From NCBI GenBank assembly GCA_036517655.1, contig DATDVE010000016.1, positions 2,979-66,978 on the forward strand: a DNA stretch of 64,000 nt, written 5' to 3'. The notes beneath the pieces are model-generated. The model saw only the letters and a program-made list of their open reading frames with translations, was not told the origin of the DNA and did no database searches. Position 1 is the stretch's first letter. Each line of letters begins with the position of its first letter. Positions 37,523-46,998 of the stretch are shown here, in pieces. Source of the DNA: Minisyncoccota bacterium (GTDB taxonomy: Bacteria; Patescibacteriota; Minisyncoccia; Phycocordibacterales; DATDSR01). The translations under genes and the position numbers were made by a program.

Positions 37523-38850
37523 TCCTTCTCTTGTCTTACAAGTAGTTCGCTCGCCTTGGTTGGATCTTCCAGGAGCTGCTCTGTTGCTCTCTCTAGTCTC
37601 ACTGATTGCGAGGCTTTTAGCAACACCATGTCACCAGATAAGACGAAACTTGATAGAAATTTGCCAGCCTCTTGTGAATTTCCGAATTCATGCACGCTAC
37701 CTTTATCAAACCCGTCTTCTATTGCGCTCTCGCCAATCCACTTTGCCTTCTCCCCCACACAGACAAGCACGTCTGCCACGCCTCTTATCCAAGTTCCAAC
37801 TTTACGATGCTCGCCCTCACTATACTCGCCCAATTCGAGCATGTCGCCCAGCACAGCAACCTTGCGTGGCTGTGGCTGACTGTCAGCCATAGGGCTGACA
37901 GTCAGCTCTAGCTCATGGAGAGTTTCGAGGGCTAGTTTGACGGCTGATGGGGACGAATTATATGTGTCGTCTATTATGGTTGAACCATTTTTGCCAGGGA
38001 GGATTCGCAGGCGGCCGGGAGTAAATTTATGTCTTCCTAGTGCATCTGATATTGTGACGACATTAATCCCTAGGTTTGCGCCGACGGCAAATGCCGCAAG
38101 TGCCGCGTAGGCATGACCCTTGCCGAGCACTCCACACAATCTGACGGGCACGCTCTTGCCAGCATAATCTACTCTAAGGTTTATGCCCTTCGGCTTCTTG
38201 CCCCGAGCGGAGTCAAGTGGGTCATCATAACTTGTGTGCAAATTATCTCCCCGAATATTTGCATCGCTTGCGAATCCGTATGAGATTACGCGCGCACGGG
38301 TAGCCTCACGCATCTCCCAGGCGCGGGCGTCATCGCGGTTAACTATCGCTGTGCCATCTTCTGGCAGTGCGCGTAAGAGCTCACTTTTTTCACTTACGAG
38401 CGCCTCTATGTCCCGAAAGAATTCTACATGCACCGGCACTTCACTGCCAATCCCCGTTATCACTCCCAATTTTGGTCGCACCCACGAAGAAAGTGTTTTA
38501 ATGTCACCCGGCTTATCTGCACCCAGTTCCAGGACGAGAAATTTGTATTTCTCGCCCGGAAAACCCAAGCGCCAAATCCCAAAGCCCAAGTTGAGCAGCC
38601 AGCCCATGGGCGAACTCCAGGCGGTTTTGAGACCTAAGATAGTTAGGGGGACGCCGAATTCGCTGTTTAGGCTCTTTTCATTCTTCTTCGCAGAGAAAGT
38701 GCTGGAAACAACTGTGTAGAGCAAATCTTTCGCGCTAGTTTTGCCTACAGAACCTGTCACGGCAATTACTTTTGGCTTTGTGCGTGCAAGTACAAGCCTT
38801 GCTTCTAGTACTAGGGCTGCAATAACAATTTTTTTTATCAGTGCTCTCAT
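37504..38850 (-). CDS. murF: Mur ligase, MurF-like (UDP-MurNAc-tripeptide--D-Ala-D-Ala ligase), N-terminal domain apparently absent
   Basis: GxxGKT/S P-loop at residues ~30-37 (VTGSVGKTSAKD). C-terminal DDTYNSSP resembles the MurF DDSYNANP motif. Sits after ftsI in the dcw cluster. Confidence 0.6.
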   Translation of the reverse strand: MRALIKKIVIAALVLEARLVLARTKPKVIAVTGSVGKTSAKDLLYTVVSSTFSAKKNEKSLNSEFGVPLTILGLKTAWSSPMGWLLNLGFGIWRLGFPGEKYKFLVLELGADKPGDIKTLSSWVRPKLGVITGIGSEVPVHVEFFRDIEALVSEKSELLRALPEDGTAIVNRDDARAWEMREATRARVISYGFASDANIRGDNLHTSYDDPLDSARGKKPKGINLRVDYAGKSVPVRLCGVLGKGHAYAALAAFAVGANLGINVVTISDALGRHKFTPGRLRILPGKNGSTIIDDTYNSSPSAVKLALETLHELELTVSPMADSQPQPRKVAVLGDMLELGEYSEGEHRKVGTWIRGVADVLVCVGEKAKWIGESAIEDGFDKGSVHEFGNSQEAGKFLSSFVLSGDMVLLKASQSVRLERATEQLLEDPTKASELLVRQEKEWRRKM

Positions 38851-40562
38851 CTGTCTGGCGGAATTTCGTAATAACTAATCAAAAATTCAGCAATATCGCC
38901 GAATGGTTCGGTGAGTGTCTGCGAAGCAAAGTCAGCACCCTTCGGTTCATACATATATAGGAAGACTAAGAACTCCGGGTCATACGCGGGGAAGTAGCCG
39001 AAGAATGAATGCATGAAGCGGTCCTCGTAGTATCCACCGTCGTCTGGATTAGCAATCTGGGCTGTGCCAGTCTTCGCCGCAATACTATAGTTCTCCATTC
39101 TAAGAGACCCGGCAGCAAGGTGTTCATCCACAACTTTGACGAGCATGCGCGTAATCTCGTCACTCGTCTCCCGACTTATTGCCCTACCCTGCTCGGTCAC
39201 CTCGCTCTCTTCAGAGTAGCCCAACTTGTATTCTAGGCGCGAAACTACGTGCGGCTTAATCAGGAATCCGCCATTGCCCAGTGCTCCCAAGGCCCGAACC
39301 ATGCTTATAGGCGAAACAGCGATACCTTGACCGAACGAGGCCGTTGCAATCTCTACGTCTCTATTACTCTCGAGATTGTCCACTAAGTTACCAGTCTCTC
39401 CCGGAAGGTCGATGCCCGTTTTCTCGTGGAAGCCGAAGCGATACATGTACTGCCGAAAGTTGTCCTTGCCCATCCTATGTGCCGCAAATGTTACACCGGT
39501 GTTGAGCGACTGATTCAGCACGTCCTGCATATCTACTTCTCCTCTGCCCTTGCCGTCATAATTGCCAATCGTTTTGCCGTCAAGTTCAATGTATCCTTTG
39601 TCAAAATATTTTGTATCGGCTTTAACTGCTCCCTCATCGAGGGCCGCGGCCATGGTGATTGGCTTCATGATAGAACCCATCTCGAAGACGTCTTCAACAA
39701 ACGGGTTGGAGAAGACGCCCGGGTCAGTCTCAAGGCCATAATTATTGGGATCGAAGTTCGGATTTGCGCTCATCGCAATGATTGCCCCAGTCGAAGGGTC
39801 CAGCACAATTATCCCCACTGACTTTGCCTCCCACTTCTCCATAAGGCCCTCGGTCTTAGATTCGACGAGGCGCTGGACAGACGGTTCTATGGAGAGCACG
39901 ACATCCGCATCGCGCGATCCTTCCTTACCGAAAACTTCATCCTTAATGCCAGAGAACAGACCCGAAAAAAAGTTCTGATAGAGATCTCCCGGGTCGCGGC
40001 GAAGCCTTGCTTCGTAATATTTTTCAACGCCGTACTGACCCTCGTACCTATCACCTTGGTAACCTACGAATCCAAGAACATGCGCAGCAAGATCCCCTGC
40101 TGGATACGTACGCCATTGCTCCCGAACTAGGGCCACTCCCGGCAGCTCAAGCTCATTAATCCGCTCGCCCACACTTTGTGGCAAACGTCCGGTAATTTCT
40201 TCATAAGGATCGTCAACCTTGCTAGCCCTCTCTTTAAACTCGATCTCGGAAATGTCAGGCAAGACAGTTTTGAGCTTTTCGAAATATGCGTTCGGATCCT
40301 CTACCAAGTCAGGATTGACCGAGAGAATAAACCCGGAATCAAGGCCAGCTGCGGTCAGCTTGCCTCCCTGTCGGTCCTGGAAGAAAACCGAGCCTCTCTC
40401 ATATACGCCGTATTCTCCGCCAGCCTCATACTGCGAATCGGCTAGCGTACTCCAATATGAGCCCTGTACAATTTGGACATAGAAGAGACGTCCAGTATAA
40501 AGCATGGCAAGAAGTGTTAGAGCTATCGCCAGGAATCTTACTCTACCTCGCTCTATTTCCAC
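38847..40562 (-). CDS. ftsI: class B penicillin-binding protein (FtsI-type transpeptidase)
   Basis: N-terminal TM; SxxK (SIMKP), SxN and KTGTA motifs. Sits in the dcw cluster after ftsL. Confidence 0.85.
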   Translation of the reverse strand: MEIERGRVRFLAIALTLLAMLYTGRLFYVQIVQGSYWSTLADSQYEAGGEYGVYERGSVFFQDRQGGKLTAAGLDSGFILSVNPDLVEDPNAYFEKLKTVLPDISEIEFKERASKVDDPYEEITGRLPQSVGERINELELPGVALVREQWRTYPAGDLAAHVLGFVGYQGDRYEGQYGVEKYYEARLRRDPGDLYQNFFSGLFSGIKDEVFGKEGSRDADVVLSIEPSVQRLVESKTEGLMEKWEAKSVGIIVLDPSTGAIIAMSANPNFDPNNYGLETDPGVFSNPFVEDVFEMGSIMKPITMAAALDEGAVKADTKYFDKGYIELDGKTIGNYDGKGRGEVDMQDVLNQSLNTGVTFAAHRMGKDNFRQYMYRFGFHEKTGIDLPGETGNLVDNLESNRDVEIATASFGQGIAVSPISMVRALGALGNGGFLIKPHVVSRLEYKLGYSEESEVTEQGRAISRETSDEITRMLVKVVDEHLAAGSLRMENYSIAAKTGTAQIANPDDGGYYEDRFMHSFFGYFPAYDPEFLVFLYMYEPKGADFASQTLTEPFGDIAEFLISYYEIPPDR

Positions 40563-40863
40563 TGTAGTCTAGACTTACTTGACCCTCCAGTTCAGCATCC
40601 CTCACATAACTTACTTTTTGCACTTGCGCAAAGCCGCTATGCAGAGCCACTTCCTCTGAAATAGATCGGGAGAGCTCGTAGTACTCGACTTCAAGCTTGC
40701 CCACATTTGCCGCAAGCCCGCTCGCATCTTGAGACCAGGTTCTCGCTGTAACTAGGTAGAAAATCGAACTTTGAATGAAGAAAACGTACATCACAGCCAT
40801 AACCAAGAATAGAACTAACAGACTCCAGAATGTGCGGCCTTGATGTGGAACGTGATTAGTCAT
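40543..40863 (-). CDS. ftsL: cell division protein FtsL-like
   Basis: Short bitopic protein (TM WSLLVLFLVMAVMYVFF, then coiled coil) between rsmH and ftsI. Start moved to the internal ATG to avoid overlap with rsmH. Confidence 0.55.
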   Translation of the reverse strand: MTNHVPHQGRTFWSLLVLFLVMAVMYVFFIQSSIFYLVTARTWSQDASGLAANVGKLEVEYYELSRSISEEVALHSGFAQVQKVSYVRDAELEGQVSLDYSGNRAR

Positions 40864-41773
40864 TTTTCTTCTCTTCTCTCGCCCCCTTTTTAATAGCTCG
40901 AATCTTTGCGCTCCGTGATCTTGGATTGGTAGCCTTCTCGGCATTCGTTGGAGTAATCGGTTTTTTTGTAAGGATCGAACCCTGACCAGAACTCTCCCGC
41001 TCCTTCAAGAATTTTTTCACCTCCCTGTCCTCAAGCTCATGAAATGAGATAACAACAATGCGTCCGTCTTGACTAAGCACTTCCCAGCCGTCTCGCAACA
41101 CACACCTAAGAGCACCGAGCTCGTCGTTAACTGCAATCCTGATTGCCTGAAAAACTTTTGTAGCCGGGTGAATTGCTCCCCTTCTACCACCAAGTGCTCG
41201 CATCACAATTTCTGCAAGCTCGCCACTTGTCTCTATTACTTTTGCCACCCGATTATCTACAATCGCTCTGGCTACCTTCCGCGCCCCACGTTCGCCACCA
41301 AATCCCCAAAATATGTCTGCCAAACTTTCTTCCTTCCAGCTGTTCACCACATCGTACGCCGTAAGATCTCCCAAAGTAGGCTCATTTTTAAAAGTCATCT
41401 GGAGAGGCTCGTCCTTATCGAAACTGAATCCTCGACCGGACGATTTGATCTGGTCAGTAGAGATACCCAGATCAAGGACTATTCGATCAACAAGTTTGAA
41501 TCCGGCCTCACGAATAATGCGCGCAATATCTCTAAAGTTCTCCTGCAATAGTATCACTTGACATGGAGCACCCTCTAAATTATTTTTTATCCTCTCTAGC
41601 GCAACTGCGTCAAGATCGGTGATTATTAGCGTGCCTTTCTCTCCGATTCTCTTTGCAATCTCGCGTGAGAGACCTCCACTGCCACCTGTCCCCTCGAACA
41701 CAGTAAGACCCGGCGAGAGATTAAGCAGTAAGAGCGTCTCGTTTAGAAGTACCGTTGTGTGTGAATCAGTCAT
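40856..41773 (-). CDS. rsmH: 16S rRNA (cytosine1402-N4)-methyltransferase
   Basis: RsmH/MraW motifs (DGTFGGGGH-like EGTGGSGGLSREIA); mraZ-rsmH synteny. Confidence 0.85.
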   Translation of the reverse strand: MTDSHTTVLLNETLLLLNLSPGLTVFEGTGGSGGLSREIAKRIGEKGTLIITDLDAVALERIKNNLEGAPCQVILLQENFRDIARIIREAGFKLVDRIVLDLGISTDQIKSSGRGFSFDKDEPLQMTFKNEPTLGDLTAYDVVNSWKEESLADIFWGFGGERGARKVARAIVDNRVAKVIETSGELAEIVMRALGGRRGAIHPATKVFQAIRIAVNDELGALRCVLRDGWEVLSQDGRIVVISFHELEDREVKKFLKERESSGQGSILTKKPITPTNAEKATNPRSRSAKIRAIKKGAREEKKND

Positions 41774-41782
41774 GTTTAGTCA

Positions 41783-42217
41783 TCAAATTGCTCCTATTTC
41801 GCCCAATTTTTCTGCCAATTGGTCAGCCTTACCCGCAACGCCAGTTTTGTATTCCTGCCACTTACTCTCGTCCCAAATTTCAACTCGCGAGTGCACACCG
41901 GCAAACACAACTTGAGTTTTCAAACCCGCAAAAGTGCGCAGAAATTCAGGGATTAGTATACGTCCTAAAGCATCCACATCAACTTCGACTGCCCCCGCCA
42001 ACATAAATCTATTAAAACCTCGTGTATCGGACTGACCCATAGATAAACCAGCAAGTTTGTCGGCCACCTTCTCCCATTCACTAACCGGGTATACCCATAG
42101 GCACTGATCCAAGCCATGAGTCACGACAACCTGCTTTCCCAGTTTCTCGCGAAACTTGGCAGGCACTGATACCCGGCTTTTGGCGTCTAAGTTGTGGGTA
42201 TATTCGCCTATGAGCAT
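41783..42217 (-). CDS. mraZ: transcriptional regulator MraZ
   Basis: Tandem MraZ domains with DxxxR motifs (LDAKSRVSVP, ...); first gene of the dcw cluster. Confidence 0.85.
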   Translation of the reverse strand: MLIGEYTHNLDAKSRVSVPAKFREKLGKQVVVTHGLDQCLWVYPVSEWEKVADKLAGLSMGQSDTRGFNRFMLAGAVEVDVDALGRILIPEFLRTFAGLKTQVVFAGVHSRVEIWDESKWQEYKTGVAGKADQLAEKLGEIGAI

Positions 42218-42259
42218 AATTTGTCTTAAAACAAAGACGGAGAACGCGGTAATTTATTA

Positions 42260-42305
42260 CCACTTTCTCCCACTTGTCTAGTATTATACTCCACTTTCTC
42301 CCACC
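42260..42305 (-). promoter_or_regulatory. mraZ promoter with two MraZ-box-like direct repeats flanking a TATAAT
   Basis: Minus strand reads GTGGGAGAAAGTGG-agTATAATactagacaa-GTGGGAGAAAGTGG. The TGGGA-N5-TGG units match the MraZ binding-repeat architecture. Confidence 0.5.
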
Positions 42306-42379
42306 GCATATCCACTTATCCACACCACCATGCTCCTAGATACTAGGAGCTACGGAGCGCACGACTCACCTACAGACCC

Positions 42380-43882
42380 CTATTCTAGGCCATAGAGTTC
42401 TTTTTGGATGTCAGTTTTCTTGTGGCGCATTTGCGGAAAGAGCGTTCCTTCACGGGCGTTCACATCCTCCAGGACCCAGAAGAGTCTCTCGCTGTGGGCG
42501 TAGCCCGAAACTGGCGGCATACCATATTCGAGCATCTCAACGAAATCTATATCTAGCATCTGTGCCTCCTTGTCTCCCCCCTCACGTGCCTTCTCCTGCT
42601 GCCGGAAGCGCTCGAACTGATCAACAGGATCATTCAACTCTGAATAACCATTGCCGAGTTCCGATCCGGCTAGGATAACGTGGAAGCGCTCTGTGAGTTC
42701 TGGATTATCTGATTTAGATTTAGCAAGTGGCGACATAAACTTGGGCTCGTTGATCAAGAACGCAGGACCCGAAATAGTCTTGCGCACCAATTTCCAAAGG
42801 TTATCTATCAAGCGCGCTTTATTAATCGCCCCCTCAAGTTTCACCCCTTTCTTTTCTAGCACACTCTGCATCTCGCCTTCACTTGCAGTCCATATGTCTA
42901 TGTCCGTAGCATCCTTTATACTCTGCGTATAGTCTATCTCCTTCCACTCGTCACTTAAATCAAACTCATACCCGCCACGCGTGAATTTAGTCCTGCCGTA
43001 CACGTTCTGTGCGATATAGCGAAACATATCACGTACGAGCTCCATATTTTTCTTATAATCTGCATACGCCCAGTACCACTCTATTTGGTAGTACTCCTGC
43101 AGGTGCTCGTCATCAATACCCTCGTTACGGAAGTTAGGTCCCAGAGTAAATACTTTTTCGAATCCCCCCCCAATTAATCTTTTCAAGTACAGTTCCGTAG
43201 AAATGCGCAGGTAGAAATCCTGATCTAGGGCGTTGTGGTGGGTTACAAACGGGGCGGCGTCAGCTCCGCCGGGAACATATTCAAGTACCGGCGTCTCTAC
43301 TTCCAAAAAACCTTTCGCCTTCAGAAATTCGCGATTAACTTCCCAGAAACGTGATTTGCGTTTGAAAAACTCTCGTCGTAGCGCATTAGTAGCTAGATCA
43401 AGATATCTCTGCCTAAATATCAACTCCGGATCTTTCAGGCCATCATGCCTATCAGGTAACGGTCGTAAACTTTTTGAGAGCATAAACAGATACTTCACTT
43501 CGAGAGAAATTTGCCCAGTTCTAGTTTTGGTCACAACCCCCCTACCCTCAACAAAGTCCCCTACATCTATCAGGTTTAATTCTGGGTAGCCTATGTGTTG
43601 TTTGCCCTTTTCAAATTTCGCGAGAACTTCTTCTTTTATATAAAGCTGTATGCGACCAGTCTCGTCTTCTAGATCGCCAAAGGAAATCGGCCCATGTTCG
43701 CGCAGACTCATCAAGCGCCCCACAAGAGTCACTTCCGTGCCCTCGAATTTATCAAAATCACTAACGATTTCCTGATTAGAGTGAGTGCGGCCTGACTCCG
43801 GTGGGTACGGATTGACCCCGAGTTCACGAAGCCGCGCGACCTTCGAGAGGCGTTCCTGCCTAATTTCTACAAGCGAGGCCAT
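42380..43882 (-). CDS. lysS: lysine--tRNA ligase (class II)
   Basis: 500 aa with an N-terminal OB anticodon-binding domain and class II motifs 1-3 (e.g. GGGFEKVF, FRNEG). Confidence 0.9.
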   Translation of the reverse strand: MASLVEIRQERLSKVARLRELGVNPYPPESGRTHSNQEIVSDFDKFEGTEVTLVGRLMSLREHGPISFGDLEDETGRIQLYIKEEVLAKFEKGKQHIGYPELNLIDVGDFVEGRGVVTKTRTGQISLEVKYLFMLSKSLRPLPDRHDGLKDPELIFRQRYLDLATNALRREFFKRKSRFWEVNREFLKAKGFLEVETPVLEYVPGGADAAPFVTHHNALDQDFYLRISTELYLKRLIGGGFEKVFTLGPNFRNEGIDDEHLQEYYQIEWYWAYADYKKNMELVRDMFRYIAQNVYGRTKFTRGGYEFDLSDEWKEIDYTQSIKDATDIDIWTASEGEMQSVLEKKGVKLEGAINKARLIDNLWKLVRKTISGPAFLINEPKFMSPLAKSKSDNPELTERFHVILAGSELGNGYSELNDPVDQFERFRQQEKAREGGDKEAQMLDIDFVEMLEYGMPPVSGYAHSERLFWVLEDVNAREGTLFPQMRHKKTDIQKELYGLE

Positions 43883-43887
43883 AAGTG

Positions 43888-44355
43888 CTAGGCCAGATCA
43901 ATAATCTGATACTCGAAGAGGCCTTTGCCTGTCTTGACCTCGAATTTCTCACCTTTCTTCTTGCCCATCATTGCTCGGCCAATTGGAGATTCGTTAGAAA
44001 TTTTGCTGTTGTTAATATCAGCCTCCGAAGAACCTACTATCTGTACTTTCTGGCTATCCTTGTTCCCCGTTCTCGAGATGCTGACAGTAGAACCTACCTC
44101 AACTACTGTAGAGTGATGCGAGTCAACAATCACAGCTCGCTTGACCACGTCGGAGAGGTAAGCAATACGCTCTTCAAGCGCAGCCTGAGCCGCCCGAGCT
44201 TCCTGATATTCTGAATTCTCGCGCAAGTCGCCCAGGGATTTGGCCTGCTCTAATTGCTCGGCAATCTCGCGGCGCTTATTCGTGCTCAACTCCTCAAGTT
44301 CTGCCTTGAGCTGTTCAAATTTCTCCCTACTCAAATATTCATTAGCCTGTGCCAT
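43888..44355 (-). CDS. greA: transcription elongation factor GreA
   Basis: 155 aa with an N-terminal coiled coil carrying acidic residues (LGDLRENSEY) and a C-terminal FKBP-like domain. Confidence 0.85.
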   Translation of the reverse strand: MAQANEYLSREKFEQLKAELEELSTNKRREIAEQLEQAKSLGDLRENSEYQEARAAQAALEERIAYLSDVVKRAVIVDSHHSTVVEVGSTVSISRTGNKDSQKVQIVGSSEADINNSKISNESPIGRAMMGKKKGEKFEVKTGKGLFEYQIIDLA

Positions 44356-44395
44356 AGTGAAGCTATTATATCATAAGATAGCGAGAGGTGAAAGC

Positions 44396-46063
44396 TTAGT
44401 TGCCCTCTAGATATTCCGGGGCGTAAATATTAAGCCAGTCGAAGAATTGTCTTGCGACATAGGCCGCACCTATGGTGTTGCCAACATGACCTCTCTCCAT
44501 GACAATGGCAAAGGCATAACGCGGATTTTCATAGGGGAAATAACCCTCTATCCAAGAATTCACGCGCTGTTTGGTATCACCCAGTTCTGCTGTACCCGTC
44601 TTGGCGGCAATCTCAACGTAGGGCACGTTGAGGGCAAGGGCGGTGCCCTCAAGTGTAGCCAGCCGCATTCCCTCTTGCACAATTTCGAGATGCCCGGGAT
44701 CTAAGGGAAGACTCTCTGCATCTTTGGGTAAGCCAATCTTCACAACGCTTGGGCGTAGCAGATTACCACCATTTGCTATCGCCGCGACGGCGCGAGCCAT
44801 CTGCAATGGCGTAACCTGGAAGCCGTACTGACCGATGGCAGTATGATAGGTATCGCCAAGACGCCAACCTTCATTAAAAATCTCGTCCTTCCATGCGGGC
44901 GAGGGCACAACACCAGCTGCCTCGCCGGGGAGATTAACACCCGTCTCTCTGCCAAAACCGAACATAAAACTATATTGATCAATCTTTTCTATACCCAAAC
45001 CTTTCTGATCCTTGTAACCTCCTCCAATCTCGTAGAAATAAACGTTCGACGAGACAGCCAGGGCATGGCGCATATCTACCAATCCGTGAGCCTTCCAGTC
45101 TTTGAAGACAGCGAAGGTGCCGGGACTATAAGGATTCGGAATTTGCAAACTGCCTGTGCTTAATATCTGCCTATTCTCATTTATGATGCCCTCTTCAAGC
45201 GCAGCAACTGCCATGAAAGGTTTGATAATTGATCCCGGTGCGTAAGTCCCGGATATTGCTCTGTTCAGAAACGGGTTTCGTTTGTCTAATAGTAGCGCCG
45301 GTAATTCAGGACCTGTACTTGTGCCAGAGAGAGCGGACAAAGGGAACTCCGGGTAGCTTGAGAGTGCCAGTATCTCGCCGTTATCAATATCAATAATGAC
45401 TCCTGCCCCACCAGTAAAGTCTCTCTCAAGGGACACAGCTTCGATGTACTTATAGAGCGCGCTCTGGACGGCAGCATCGATCGAGAGATTAACTGGAGAA
45501 CCGTCGGAGGGTACCCTACTGATACTTTCTGAGACGACATCACCAGTAGAATCGACCTCCTCTATCTTCTCTCCAATATTTCCGCGCAGTTTCTCGTCAT
45601 ATTCCTTCTCTACGCCCATTTTACCGATCCGAATATTCGGGTCTCGATGCGGGAGTCCGTCAAGTTCCTCCTCACTGGGTAATCCGAGATATCCAACGAT
45701 ATGAGATAGACCCGGCAAATCGGTATACGTTCTGCCAGAATCGGGATCATTGCGAGCAAGCAACTTTCCCTCTCTATCGTAAATTACGCCTCGCTCGGTT
45801 GGAATAGTTACGAGACGCAAACTATTGTCCTCGCTGCGCAAGCGGAACTCAGATCCCTGTGCAATCTGTAAGGTACCTAGCCTGTATAAGTAGCCGCCTC
45901 CCACAAGTACAAAACTAAGAGATAGGGCAAGAATCGCCTTTTTAGACAACGCTCTCTCGATTCGACCCTCAAACTGTTGCTTGTTGAAAGCCGGAAGATT
46001 GCTAGAGTCGAGAAGGACTTCATCAAGATCAATCTCAAAATTATATTTATTCTTACGCCTCAT
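44396..46063 (-). CDS. mrdA: class B penicillin-binding protein 2 (elongasome transpeptidase)
   Basis: SxxK (SIIKP) and KTGTA motifs; follows mreBCD. Start set at the internal ATG (MRRKNKY), because the longer ORF overlaps mreD. Confidence 0.8.
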   Translation of the reverse strand: MRRKNKYNFEIDLDEVLLDSSNLPAFNKQQFEGRIERALSKKAILALSLSFVLVGGGYLYRLGTLQIAQGSEFRLRSEDNSLRLVTIPTERGVIYDREGKLLARNDPDSGRTYTDLPGLSHIVGYLGLPSEEELDGLPHRDPNIRIGKMGVEKEYDEKLRGNIGEKIEEVDSTGDVVSESISRVPSDGSPVNLSIDAAVQSALYKYIEAVSLERDFTGGAGVIIDIDNGEILALSSYPEFPLSALSGTSTGPELPALLLDKRNPFLNRAISGTYAPGSIIKPFMAVAALEEGIINENRQILSTGSLQIPNPYSPGTFAVFKDWKAHGLVDMRHALAVSSNVYFYEIGGGYKDQKGLGIEKIDQYSFMFGFGRETGVNLPGEAAGVVPSPAWKDEIFNEGWRLGDTYHTAIGQYGFQVTPLQMARAVAAIANGGNLLRPSVVKIGLPKDAESLPLDPGHLEIVQEGMRLATLEGTALALNVPYVEIAAKTGTAELGDTKQRVNSWIEGYFPYENPRYAFAIVMERGHVGNTIGAAYVARQFFDWLNIYAPEYLEGN

Positions 46064-46328
46064 ACCATCTTGTACTTGGCTTGATAAGAAGTTCACATGT
46101 GAGGACGAGAGCAGCGCAGAGCAAGGTTGCCGAGACCCAAATTTTAGTTTCTCCTCCACCATAAAAGACGTCCACAAGAAGTGCGGCAAACAACACCTCA
46201 AAGAACCAAGAGTACAGAAAGATACCGATGATGCCAAGTAGGCTAGAAAACCACCAGGGCAAAACGAAAATGCTCGCAAGCGTTACAGCAACAAATATAA
46301 GTCTCTTACTTTTAGTTTGGGAGTACAT
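46053..46328 (-). CDS. mreD: rod shape-determining protein MreD-like
   Basis: Small polytopic membrane protein between mreC and PBP2; start at the internal ATG after the mreC stop. Confidence 0.5.
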   Translation of the reverse strand: MYSQTKSKRLIFVAVTLASIFVLPWWFSSLLGIIGIFLYSWFFEVLFAALLVDVFYGGGETKIWVSATLLCAALVLTCELLIKPSTRWYEA

Positions 46329-46998
46329 AGACTCTTGTTTCGTGGTGAATATTAACAGGGCTCCTCGCATATATCTTTTGGAAGGCATCACCTGGCTCAT
46401 CCTTTATGTACTCGACACTTGCGAGAACGTATGCACCCTCACCTGTGGAAAATAGCGTCGAAGAAGCAGCGACAGCTACCCCTTCGGGAAGTTTGAGGAA
46501 GAAGTTCTGACTGCCCTGCCCGGAGACCATAACTCGTTCCTTGCCATCAAGGACTACCTCAAGCTCCTTGCCAAAGGCAGAGTAGAGTTCCACCTTCGAA
46601 ATTTCTGGGTACACTTCAATAACCTCGCCCAACAGCACACCAGATTCAGTTATAACTTTTGACCCAAAAGCTATTCCGTGGTTCCCGCCTCGGTCGACCA
46701 AGAAAGTATCATAAGGAGAAGAGGAAATTGACGAGAGGATAAGCGCCAATTCGCCCCGTGGACCAGTCCTCTCAAACTCCGCAATACGCAAGGACAGAAT
46801 TCTTAACTTCTCGTTCCGCTCCTTCGTTCTGTCAGACATCAAGAAATTTCTTGTCTCCCATATTGGAATGGCAATATACGAGCCGAGGCTCACTAAAGCA
46901 TAGGCAAGATACTGTCGGAATATAATACTGACAAGAACGAACAGGGAAATCGCAACAATCCTTGTCCTCACCTTATTATTTCTCACGCGCAAGCTCAT
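46312..46998 (-). CDS. mreC: rod shape-determining protein MreC
   Basis: N-terminal TM, coiled coil, beta-rich C-terminal domain; mreB-mreC synteny. Confidence 0.75.
   Translation of the reverse strand: MSLRVRNNKVRTRIVAISLFVLVSIIFRQYLAYALVSLGSYIAIPIWETRNFLMSDRTKERNEKLRILSLRIAEFERTGPRGELALILSSISSSPYDTFLVDRGGNHGIAFGSKVITESGVLLGEVIEVYPEISKVELYSAFGKELEVVLDGKERVMVSGQGSQNFFLKLPEGVAVAASSTLFSTGEGAYVLASVEYIKDEPGDAFQKIYARSPVNIHHETRVYVLPN

Noticed and set aside
42316-42324. Perfect DnaA box TTATCCACA near the mraZ promoter
   Set aside because: Single 9-mer; expected about 0.5 times by chance in 64 kb on two strands. No cluster of boxes or AT-rich DUE nearby, so not called as oriC.
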